A stretch of DNA of 64,000 bases from the NCBI GenBank assembly GCA_944321825.1, contig CALUMU010000006.1, positions 44,126 to 108,125 of the forward strand, given 5' to 3'. Positions within the stretch are counted from its first letter, which is position 1, and each line of letters starts with the position of its first letter. This document shows positions 46,056-54,367 of the stretch, one piece after another. Both the position numbers and the translations under genes were made by a program. This DNA comes from Candidatus Amulumruptor caecigallinarius. GTDB taxonomy: Bacteria; Bacteroidota; Bacteroidia; Bacteroidales; Muribaculaceae. The notes beneath the pieces were generated by a model that made no database searches, was not told the origin of the DNA, and worked only from the letters and a program-made list of their open reading frames with translations.

Positions 46056-46249
46056 GAACTGATTTGAACTTATTGCAAATTAACATTTCGCGGCTGGTTT
46101 CGAGGTGTTTTTGAGCTTTTTGAGGGAGCGATGGGGTTCCATCGTGACCGATAAAAGCGAAGAAAACGGCCGGAAACAGACCGAAAGGTTAACTCAAAGG
46201 GTGGCATCAGTTCTGGATTTAACATTTTGAAATAAGTTTAAATCAGTTC
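46056..46249. mobile_element. MITE copy 2 (194 bp)
   Basis: Same element and orientation as 26748-26941. It starts 26 nt after the tkt stop and is flanked by AAT on both sides. Confidence 0.85.
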
Positions 46250-46359
46250 AATGTTAAATTCACAGTCATCATTAATTCAATTATTCACCTTTGCGGTCTT
46301 TTGGCTGGTTTTGTCTTCCTGATCGGTCATGTAGCTCGCTACATTCCCTTTTAGTCAGG

Positions 46360-46379
46360 CAAAATCGGCTCAAAAATCA
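46360..46379. repeat. 20-mer CAAAATCGGCTCAAAAATCA shared with comp. 19494-19513
   Basis: Exact 20/20 identity. The neighbouring 6 nt are also similar (GTCAGG vs GACAGC). Confidence 0.7.
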
Positions 46380-46426
46380 TCGCAAATGTGAATAAGTAAA
46401 AATTTAGGTGATTTCTAAAAGTAAAA

Positions 46427-46446
46427 AAAATTGTTGCAACAATTTT
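46427..46446. promoter_or_regulatory. perfect 20-bp palindrome AAAATTGTTGCAACAATTTT upstream of the ompA-family promoter
   Basis: Self-complementary over 20 nt. It ends 33 nt upstream of the TAACTTTG box at 46480-46487. Confidence 0.35.
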
Positions 46447-46479
46447 TCACATATAGTTGTCGTGGCTGAAAAAAAACGA

Positions 46480-46487
46480 TAACTTTG
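46480..46487 (+). promoter_or_regulatory. candidate -7 box (TAACTTTG) of the OmpA-family gene promoter
   Basis: TTG-N20-TAACTTTG arrangement. It predicts a leader of about 150 nt to ATG 46644. Confidence 0.45.
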
Positions 46488-46564
46488 CGGATAATATATT
46501 GATCTGGTTTAAGCTTATTCCAAAAACGACTCGAACCCTGCTGCGATATTTAAATTTGCCATAT

Positions 46565-46579
46565 GTTTAAATCAGTTCA
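46565..46579. repeat. orphan MITE terminal repeat
   Basis: GTTTAAATCAGTTCA is identical to the right end of both MITE copies. No matching left end lies nearby. Confidence 0.6.
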
Positions 46580-46643
46580 TTGCGTTAAGATTAAGGATAC
46601 TGTCCAGAGATAATAAATCAACGTTTCCACTAATAAATAATCT

Positions 46644-47894
46644 ATGAAAAAATTAGCCTTCTTAAGCGCGGTCGCACTCCTTTGCCTCGGCCAGTCGGCG
46701 ATGGCTCAGGAGACCGCAAAGGAAGTGACCTATGTCGAGGATGCTTCTCAGGGCCTCTTGCTCAACCGCATGAAAGACAATTGGTTTATCACTGCCGAAG
46801 GTGGTGTCAACAAGACATTCGGCGGCTTTAACAACCATCGTAATTTTTGGAACGGCTGCGCTCCGGCATTCAGCATTTGGGGCGGTAAATGGTTCACTCC
46901 GGTCATCGGTGTGCGTTTCGGTGTGAACTTCCTTATGACCAAATCCCTTGGTCTGAATGCCGAACAGGTGGGATATTATGATCCTACCGGCTCTATGCAC
47001 AATGGATATTATTCGACCCAGTTCAATCATATCGGCCCGGTTGCTGACGTGATGTTCAATCTTTCTCACTGGATCGGCGGTTATAAAGCTGACCGTTTTT
47101 GGAATGTCATCGCTTATGCCGGCGGCGGCGGTTATTGGACTCTGTACCATAAGTTTAAAGAAAACGGCAACAAACTTGAAGGTGACGGCTGGGGCAACGC
47201 CCATGACAATATCCTGACCATACACGGCGGTATCATCAATACTTTCCGTCTCAGCAAGCAGGTCGACCTTTCGCTTGACATCCGTTACAGCTTCTTTGAT
47301 GCCCATGACGGCTATTATAAATACAATGCTGGTTCAAAGCCTGTCAACCGCACTACCGGCGATCTCCAGGCTTACCTCGGCGTTACATATAAGTTCAAGA
47401 AGCGCGACTGGAACGGCCCGATGGTTCCCGTCTGCCCTCCTGCCGAAGACTGCTCGCAGTATGTCGCAGCTCTTGATGATGCCAACGCCAAGATTGCTGA
47501 GCTGGAGACCCAGCTCCGTGCCTGTCTTGACCGTCCGGCTCCTGCGCCGGTAGAGACCGAGGCTGAAGACCACCTCGCCACCATTTATTATCCTATCAAT
47601 GTCAGCAAGCTTACCGCTCAGGACAAGGCTGTGCTTTCGGCCGTTGCTGAGGTCATGCGCAGCAATCCCCGTCAGCGTTACGTAGTCACCGGCTGGGCAG
47701 ACAACTACACTGGTAATGATGCTATCAACACCCGTCTGCGCCACGCCCGTGCCAACGGAGTCAAGGCCGCCCTTCTCGGCTATGGTGTAGATGCTTCCCA
47801 GCTTGATGTCACTATCAATGCCGGTAACCTGTGCGACCTCGGTGAAAAGTGCGTTTCGCTTGACCGTGCTGTCACCATCGACGAGATTAAGTAA
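46644..47894 (+). CDS. OmpA family outer-membrane protein
   Basis: 416 aa with a signal peptide (MKKLAFLSAVALLCLGQSAMAQ), a beta-barrel N-terminal half, a coiled linker (AKIAELETQLRA), and a C-terminal OmpA-like peptidoglycan-binding domain (VTGWADNYTGNDAINTRLRHARANGV). Confidence 0.85.
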   Translation: MKKLAFLSAVALLCLGQSAMAQETAKEVTYVEDASQGLLLNRMKDNWFITAEGGVNKTFGGFNNHRNFWNGCAPAFSIWGGKWFTPVIGVRFGVNFLMTKSLGLNAEQVGYYDPTGSMHNGYYSTQFNHIGPVADVMFNLSHWIGGYKADRFWNVIAYAGGGGYWTLYHKFKENGNKLEGDGWGNAHDNILTIHGGIINTFRLSKQVDLSLDIRYSFFDAHDGYYKYNAGSKPVNRTTGDLQAYLGVTYKFKKRDWNGPMVPVCPPAEDCSQYVAALDDANAKIAELETQLRACLDRPAPAPVETEAEDHLATIYYPINVSKLTAQDKAVLSAVAEVMRSNPRQRYVVTGWADNYTGNDAINTRLRHARANGVKAALLGYGVDASQLDVTINAGNLCDLGEKCVSLDRAVTIDEIK

Positions 47895-47983
47895 TAGTGT
47901 AACACTTTCCAATTCTCATAAAAGAGGCGCGTCCGGCGTGGATTACTTATCCTCCCGGCGCGTTTCTTTGCTTTAACGTACAC

Positions 47984-48346
47984 ATGATACTGACTGTTGC
48001 TGTCAATGGCATGAAGTTTAATGCGCGTCACGGACTGCTTCCTCAGGAGCGGGCCGTAGGCAACGACTTCGAGGTGTCGGTCAGCGTGGATATTGTCACA
48101 GACGAGCAAGCCATGCTCTCTGACAGCATGGACGCGTCGGTGAATTATGCCGACATTTCCGATATTATACGCCGTGTCATGCAGGATCCCTGTGGGCTTA
48201 TAGAGACGGTGGCAGCACGCATACGTCGGACTATAGTAGATGCATACCCCTCGGTCGTATCTGGAGTGGTGACAGTGAAAAAACTGACACCGCCCATTCC
48301 TTCATCACGTATGGAGTCGGCATCTGTGGCGCTGAAATGGCCGTAG
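47984..48346 (+). CDS. folB: dihydroneopterin aldolase
   Basis: 120 aa with FNARHGLLPQERAVGNDFEVSV and VNYADISDII motifs. Confidence 0.8.
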   Translation: MILTVAVNGMKFNARHGLLPQERAVGNDFEVSVSVDIVTDEQAMLSDSMDASVNYADISDIIRRVMQDPCGLIETVAARIRRTIVDAYPSVVSGVVTVKKLTPPIPSSRMESASVALKWP

Positions 48347-48392
48347 CCTGAGAATCTGGTTTAGACAAAACTCCAAATACATACTCTGAAAC

Positions 48393-49364
48393 ATGTCTCA
48401 TTTTGACACATCCAATTACTGTCATTCCGACAGGCTGCGTGACCTTATATCCGACAACCCCAAACTGCTCATGGTAATCAGCCGTTTCGGCATACCTTTG
48501 GGCTTCGGAGATGCGAGGGTTGAGGATGTATGCCGCGACAACGGGGTCGATTGCCCGACATTTCTGGCTGTGGCCAATTTCATGAGCCATCACAATGTAG
48601 CTGTGGAAAACGTAGACCCGGCAGCGATGATGGGCTATCTGAGGCGTGCCCACTCGTATTTTCTCGATTTCATCCTCCCTAATATACGCCGTAAGCTTAT
48701 AGAGGCTATCAATTACTCCGATTCGGGGGAGATAAGCATGCTTATCATCAAGTTTTTCGACGAGTATTATGCCGAAGTGCGTAACCACATGGAGTTTGAA
48801 AACAAGAATGTGTTCAGGTATGTCGACGGACTGCTGTCGGGACACATGTCTGACAACTATAACATCACCCTCTTCGCTTCCCATCATGACCATATCGATG
48901 CCCGGCTCAAGGAACTCAAAGACATAATAATCCGCTATTATCCCGGAGAGGACAGCGACCTGCTCAATTCGGTACTGTATGACATCATATCTTGTGAAGA
49001 CGATCTGGACTCTCACTGCTCGGTGGAGGACAGGCTGTTTGTCCCGGCGGTAAAGGCTCTGGAACATAGAGTGATGACCAGTGAACCGATGCGGACGCAG
49101 GTCGATGACGAAGACCAGGCTGAAGCCGATGGACGCATGGAGCAGCTTTCGGCCAGGGAAAAGGAGATTGTGGCTTGCATAGCCCAGGGCATGAGCAACA
49201 AGGAGATAGCAGCCTCACTCAACATATCGATACATACGGTGACGACACACAGGCGTAATATCTCATCCAAACTTTCCATACATTCGCCTGCGGGCCTGAC
49301 CATTTTTGCCATAGTCAATAAGCTGGTGAAGCTTTCCGACCTGAGCATCCCGCGTGAAGATTAA
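48393..49364 (+). CDS. LuxR-type HTH regulator with an N-terminal ScdA_N/DUF1858-like and hemerythrin-like His/Glu-rich sensor region
   Basis: 323 aa. The C-terminus is LSAREKEIVACIAQGMSNKEIAASLNISIHTVTTHRRNI (GerE/LuxR HTH). The N-terminus has ISRFGIPLGFGD..VDCPTFLAVAN, then AHSYF, HMEFE, HHDHIDARLKE and SHCSVEDR. Confidence 0.6.
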   Translation: MSHFDTSNYCHSDRLRDLISDNPKLLMVISRFGIPLGFGDARVEDVCRDNGVDCPTFLAVANFMSHHNVAVENVDPAAMMGYLRRAHSYFLDFILPNIRRKLIEAINYSDSGEISMLIIKFFDEYYAEVRNHMEFENKNVFRYVDGLLSGHMSDNYNITLFASHHDHIDARLKELKDIIIRYYPGEDSDLLNSVLYDIISCEDDLDSHCSVEDRLFVPAVKALEHRVMTSEPMRTQVDDEDQAEADGRMEQLSAREKEIVACIAQGMSNKEIAASLNISIHTVTTHRRNISSKLSIHSPAGLTIFAIVNKLVKLSDLSIPRED

Positions 49365-49504
49365 GAAGCGTATGCGTCATATTTCTTGTTAAACAAGCTG
49401 ATGTATTCGCTGTTTTTTAAACTAAATATGGTATATTTGTAGAAAATAAAAACGATAAATCAATATTCGACTTAACTCACCCCAACACATAATCTATAAG
49501 TATC

Positions 49505-50485
49505 ATGGCAGAAATAAAGTGCATAGGCATCCTCACTTCGGGAGGTGACGCTCCGGGCATGAACGCGGCTATCCGTGCGGTCACACGCTCGGCTATTTTC
49601 AGCGGATTTGCAGTGAAAGGTATCTATCGCGGTTATCGCGGACTCATCACTGATGAAATCGTCGAATTCAAGACCCAGAATGTCTCAAATATCATACAGG
49701 CCGGAGGTACGATACTTAAGACCGCCCGGTGCAAGGAGTTCCAGACTCCTGAGGGTCGTCAGCTGGCTTACGACAATTTGCGCCGTCACGGCATAGACGC
49801 TCTCGTGGTCATCGGTGGCGACGGTTCTCTGACCGGCGCACGTATTTTTGCCAATGAGTTCAACTACCCGATTATCGGTCTGCCGGGTACCATTGACAAC
49901 GACCTTTACGGCACAGACCTGACCATCGGCTATGATACGGCTCTCAACACCATCATGGAATGCGTCGACAAGATCCGTGACACGGCTACAAGCCATGAGC
50001 GCCTGTTCTTTATCGAAGTCATGGGACGCGATGCCGGCTTCCTTGCCCTTAACGGAGCTATCGCCAGCGGTGCAGAAGCGGCTATCATCCCGGAGATATC
50101 CACAGAGGTCGACCAGCTTGCCGAACTCATACAGAACGGATTCCGCAAATCCAAAAACTCGTCGATAGTACTCGTGGCCGAGAGCCCTGTTACAGGCGGC
50201 GCGATGGCTCTCGCCGAACGTGTCAAGAACGAATATCCGGGCTATGATGTGCGTGTATCCATCCTCGGACACCTCCAGCGTGGCGGTTCGCCCACAGCCC
50301 GTGACCGAATACTCGCTTCGCGCATGGGCGCAGCGGCTATCGATGCCCTCCTTGATGACCAGCGTAATGTCATGATAGGTCTTGCCAATGACGAGATTGT
50401 ATATGTGCCATTCTCCAAAGCCATCAAGAAGGACAAGCCTATCAATCGCGATTTGCTTGACACACTGCGCCGTCTGTCTATCTGA
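49505..50485 (+). CDS. pfkA: ATP-dependent 6-phosphofructokinase
   Basis: 326 aa with [30 protein letters not shown] and MGRDAG motifs. Confidence 0.95.
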   Translation: MAEIKCIGILTSGGDAPGMNAAIRAVTRSAIFSGFAVKGIYRGYRGLITDEIVEFKTQNVSNIIQAGGTILKTARCKEFQTPEGRQLAYDNLRRHGIDALVVIGGDGSLTGARIFANEFNYPIIGLPGTIDNDLYGTDLTIGYDTALNTIMECVDKIRDTATSHERLFFIEVMGRDAGFLALNGAIASGAEAAIIPEISTEVDQLAELIQNGFRKSKNSSIVLVAESPVTGGAMALAERVKNEYPGYDVRVSILGHLQRGGSPTARDRILASRMGAAAIDALLDDQRNVMIGLANDEIVYVPFSKAIKKDKPINRDLLDTLRRLSI

Positions 50486-50513
50486 CGTGATTGAATAATC
50501 CTTACATCCGCCT

Positions 50514-51167
50514 ATGAAAGTTGTCAATTTTGCCGAGACGCCTTCACTTATCAGTCAGTATATGGCCGAGATGAGGGATGTCAATATCCAAAGCAGTATG
50601 ATGCGGTTTCGCCGCAACCTCGAGAGGGTGGGTGAAATCATGGCATATGAAATAAGCAAAACGCTTCATTATACCACTATCGGAGTAGAGACTCCTTTAG
50701 CCACCGCGCAGTGCCAGGTGCTTGATGAGAAAGTGGTGCTCGGTACTATTTTCCGTGCCGGTGTACCGTTTCATCAAGGCTTCCTCAATTTCTTCGACAG
50801 GGCTGAAAACGCATTTGTGAGTGCCTATCGCAAATATCGTGAGAAAGATGATTTCGACATCTTTATCGAGTACATCGCGTCTCCGCGTCTTGACGGCAAA
50901 ACGTTGATTCTGGTCGACCCGATGCTTGCCACCGGCGGCTCGATGGAGCTTAGTTACAAAGCTCTGCTGACCAAAGGCGAGCCTGCCAAGGTACATGTCG
51001 TTTCGGCTATAGCTTCGCAGCAGGCGGTGGATTACGTAGCCAAGACTTTCCCTGCCGACAAGACATCGATATGGGTCGGGGCTATCGACCCTCAGATCAA
51101 TGCCCATTCGTACATCGTCCCCGGACTTGGCGATGCCGGCGATCTGGCATATGGCGAAAAGGAGTGA
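50514..51167 (+). CDS. upp: uracil phosphoribosyltransferase
   Basis: 217 aa with a PRPP-binding loop (LILVDPMLATGGS) and C-terminal YIVPGLGDAGD. Confidence 0.9.
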   Translation: MKVVNFAETPSLISQYMAEMRDVNIQSSMMRFRRNLERVGEIMAYEISKTLHYTTIGVETPLATAQCQVLDEKVVLGTIFRAGVPFHQGFLNFFDRAENAFVSAYRKYREKDDFDIFIEYIASPRLDGKTLILVDPMLATGGSMELSYKALLTKGEPAKVHVVSAIASQQAVDYVAKTFPADKTSIWVGAIDPQINAHSYIVPGLGDAGDLAYGEKE

Positions 51168-51233
51168 TGCAATGCCCGGTCAGAAGCCGTGTATATCAGC
51201 ACCGCTTCGATAATGTAACAGTATTCAAGAACA

Positions 51234-52583
51234 ATGTCTGGCATCATGCAGTGGGAAGCCTTGATTAGCGACAGGCGACTCGGACTTGAGGATATACGCA
51301 GTAACCGCGCCGGAGAGCGCAGCGACTTCCAGCGGGATTTTGACCGGCTGGTGTTCTCGTCGCCTTTCAGGCGGCTGCAAAACAAGACACAGGTGTTCCC
51401 CCTCCCGGGGAGCATCTTTGTGCATAACCGCCTTACACACAGCATGGAAGTGGCATGTGTGGGACGTTCGCTTGCCAATGACATAGCGGCTGGCCTGCGT
51501 CCGAAGTATGCTTCGGAGCCGTGGATACACAAACTTGATGCGATAGGGGAGATAGTGGCTGCGGCATGTCTGGCCCATGATTTGGGCAATCCCCCTTTCG
51601 GACATTCGGGGGAGAAGGCTATCGCGACATATTTCAGCGAGGGACCGGGCTTGGAGTTGCAGGGACAGCTTGATGCAGACCAATGGAGCGATTTCATCAA
51701 TTTCGAGGGCAATGCTAACGCTTTCAGACTGTTGACCCATCAGTTCAAAGGACGGCGGGAAGGGGGATTTGCAATGACCTACTCCACTCTTGCTTCGATT
51801 GTCAAATATCCTTATCAGTCATCGTTGGCAGGAGCGCGCTGCAAATTCGGCTTCTTTGCTTCCGAGCGGGATACGTTTGTCAAGGTTGCCGATGCTCTCG
51901 GTATGCTCAGGATGGAAGCTCCTGAAGGAGCCGTGCGCTATGCCAGGCATCCGCTTGTGTATATAATGGAAGCGGCCGATGACATCTGTTATGAAATCAT
52001 GGACATCGAGGACGCGCATAAATTGCGTATCCTGTCGCATGATGAGGTCATAGACCATTTCCTCAACTTTTTTGAGATCCCGGTGCGCAACCGGAGGGTC
52101 GAGATGATGACGCGTCTTGACGACCCTAATGAAAAAGTGGCGTATTTGCGTTCAAGCGTTATCGGGACTTTGGTCAATGCGTGTGCTGAAGCGTTCATCG
52201 CCAACGAGGAGGCGATATTGTCGGGGCGGTTCCGAGGCCCTCTTGTGCAGCATATCGCTGACCGTCCACGCCGGGCCTATGAGTCATGCAGCAAGTTGTC
52301 GTATGACAAGATTTACGGCTCAAGCGATGTGGTGGATATCGAATTGGCGGGTAACCGCATCATAAGTTTCCTTGTCGATGCCCTGATAGAGGCCGTGCGC
52401 CATCCTCACCTCAATTATTCCCGACTGTTGCTGTCGCAGGTGCCTCAGCAGTATGATGTCGCCGCACCTACGTTATATGGTAAGATACAGGCCGCCCTTG
52501 ACCATGTCAGCGGCATGACCGATGTGTATGCCCTTGACCTGTACCGTAAACTCAATGGCATGAGCCTTAAAATCAATAATTAA
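51234..52583 (+). CDS. dgt: dGTPase-family HD-domain triphosphohydrolase
   Basis: 449 aa with FQRDFDRLVFSSPFRRLQNKTQVF, NRLTHSMEV and HDLGNPPFGHSGE (HD motif). Confidence 0.85.
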   Translation: MSGIMQWEALISDRRLGLEDIRSNRAGERSDFQRDFDRLVFSSPFRRLQNKTQVFPLPGSIFVHNRLTHSMEVACVGRSLANDIAAGLRPKYASEPWIHKLDAIGEIVAAACLAHDLGNPPFGHSGEKAIATYFSEGPGLELQGQLDADQWSDFINFEGNANAFRLLTHQFKGRREGGFAMTYSTLASIVKYPYQSSLAGARCKFGFFASERDTFVKVADALGMLRMEAPEGAVRYARHPLVYIMEAADDICYEIMDIEDAHKLRILSHDEVIDHFLNFFEIPVRNRRVEMMTRLDDPNEKVAYLRSSVIGTLVNACAEAFIANEEAILSGRFRGPLVQHIADRPRRAYESCSKLSYDKIYGSSDVVDIELAGNRIISFLVDALIEAVRHPHLNYSRLLLSQVPQQYDVAAPTLYGKIQAALDHVSGMTDVYALDLYRKLNGMSLKINN

Positions 52584-52585
52584 TT

Positions 52586-53884
52586 ATGCGCTTCAAATCA
52601 TCACAGATACTATCATACATGCGCTTTGTCGCCCTGTTTATATTCATGCTGACGGCTTCGGCCTTGGTCTCTGCCAGAGCAGAATATTCCATCGCGGATA
52701 TTCCCAATGTGCATCTCTCTGACAGCACCCGCTATGTGTCGGATCCAGAGGGCATTTTATCACCGACGGCTGTAAAGGAGTTGGACGGAAAGCTTGGAGG
52801 CATATGGCGTGCGACTTCAGCCGAGCCTGTGGTAGTTGTGATTGACAGGGCCGATACCGACGACCTTGACACGTATGCTACAGAGCTGTTCGAGTCGTGG
52901 GGTATCGGCAAGAAGGATAAGGACAACGGTCTGCTCATATTGATAAGCCGCGACCAGCGCAGAGCCGTGATACGTACAGGCCAGGGTGTGGAGGGACTTA
53001 TCCCTGATGCTGTCGCGAGCCGTATCATACGCAATGTCATGGCCCCGCGCATGGCTGACGGAGATTATGACGGAGGAACCATAGCTGCAGTCGATGCAGT
53101 CAATGAAATACTTTCTGATCCGTCGGCGCGTCAGGAACTCATGTCGAGATACCCCAATAACGACGAAGCGCGCCGTGCCGACGATTTGACGCTGGAGCAG
53201 TTTTTCAGGCTCTATTTACTGTTCGGAGTGGTGATAACGCTGATACTTCTGGCTGTATACGTATATCTCTTGGCATCGACACGGTGTGACAGTGCGCATA
53301 TGCGTTATGACAAGATTATGCGTATGCGTATGCCTGTGCTGATGCTTTCGATGTTCGGGTGTCTGCTTCCGCTGGTGCTGTGGTGGGTGATTACGCTCAA
53401 GCTGAGACGCATACGGTTGCGTCCACGCCTGTGCCCCCATGGCCATGGGAAGATGGAGCGGCTTGACGAGGTGGCAGATAACCAATATCTCACAGCTCCG
53501 CAAAATACAGAGGAAGCCCTCAATTCGGTGGATTACGATGTCTGGCTATGCCCGGTATGCAACGACACCGTAGTGGAACCCTATGTCAACCGTTCGGCGC
53601 AGTATGTCGAATGTGAGCTGTGCCATACGCGTTCGGCTCGTCTTGTCGCCAACCAAGTGGTGCGAAAACCTACCGTGGCTACTGAAGGTGTAGGCGCAAA
53701 GATATTCCATTGCAGACACTGTAACAACAATTTTAACCATACGTATCCTATCGCCAAGCTGCCACCTGTGGTCGTCATACCCGGAGGTGGCGGCAGAGGC
53801 GGTTTCGGTGGCGGCGGCGGTTTTTCCGGCGGCTCGTTTGGTGGAGGGTCCACTATGGGTGGAGGTGCCAGCGGTAGTTGGTGA
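52586..53884 (+). CDS. TPM-domain (YgcG-like) membrane protein with Cys-rich zinc-ribbon-like module and Gly-rich tail
   Basis: 432 aa. It has an N-terminal signal/TM and a TPM-like region (VVVVIDRADTDDLDTYATELFESWGIGKKDKDNGLLILIS). It also has two TM helices, the Cys pairs CPVCN / CELCH / CRHCN, and a GGGGRGGFGGGGGFSGGSFGGG tail. It starts 2 nt after the dgt stop. Confidence 0.65.
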   Translation: MRFKSSQILSYMRFVALFIFMLTASALVSARAEYSIADIPNVHLSDSTRYVSDPEGILSPTAVKELDGKLGGIWRATSAEPVVVVIDRADTDDLDTYATELFESWGIGKKDKDNGLLILISRDQRRAVIRTGQGVEGLIPDAVASRIIRNVMAPRMADGDYDGGTIAAVDAVNEILSDPSARQELMSRYPNNDEARRADDLTLEQFFRLYLLFGVVITLILLAVYVYLLASTRCDSAHMRYDKIMRMRMPVLMLSMFGCLLPLVLWWVITLKLRRIRLRPRLCPHGHGKMERLDEVADNQYLTAPQNTEEALNSVDYDVWLCPVCNDTVVEPYVNRSAQYVECELCHTRSARLVANQVVRKPTVATEGVGAKIFHCRHCNNNFNHTYPIAKLPPVVVIPGGGGRGGFGGGGGFSGGSFGGGSTMGGGASGSW

Positions 53885-53910
53885 TTGGGTGTGTTGCATA
53901 TAAAGCACTC

Positions 53911-54360
53911 TTAGCCGCAGGGAAGCGTCTCGATGAGCGGACGCATTACGAATCCGCGCATATGGGCGTGGGGATGGGGCAAGATCAGCTTTGCCGAGTC
54001 TAATGCCTCGTCGTCCATGGCTATGAAGTCGATGTCGATCAGACGGTCGGCGTAAGAGCCGTCGGGCTGTCTGTGTGATGCGTTACTGATGGCGGATTCG
54101 GCACTCTGGAGTATTCCTAACATCTCATACGGCGACAAGGAGTCAGGGATAGCTATGCGCATACCTTGGTTGAGAAACATATTAGGCGAGTCGTAGCCCC
54201 ACGGCTCGCTTTCATATATCTCTGACAGAGCGAAGTCGACATGCGCAGGCTCTATGCCTGTAGCGTTGCAGGTCTTTTCAATGACAAGGGCGACCGCCAC
54301 CTCTATGTTATGGTGGCGGTCGCCCTTGTTGGTGCCTATGTTGATATATGCGTTGCGCAT
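53911..54360 (-). CDS. folK: 2-amino-4-hydroxy-6-hydroxymethyldihydropteridine diphosphokinase
   Basis: 149 aa with AYINIGTNKGDR, YESEPWGY, IDIDFI, LILPHPHAHMRGFV (HPPK motifs). Confidence 0.85.
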   Translation of the reverse strand: MRNAYINIGTNKGDRHHNIEVAVALVIEKTCNATGIEPAHVDFALSEIYESEPWGYDSPNMFLNQGMRIAIPDSLSPYEMLGILQSAESAISNASHRQPDGSYADRLIDIDFIAMDDEALDSAKLILPHPHAHMRGFVMRPLIETLPCG

Positions 54361-54367
54361 ATATTAT

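Noticed and set aside
51234-52583. The dGTPase as an anti-phage dNTP-depletion defence gene.
   Set aside because: It is embedded in a housekeeping run (pfkA, upp, folK, infB) with host-like composition. No mobile or defence neighbours are present. dGTPase-family genes are common core genes in Bacteroidota.
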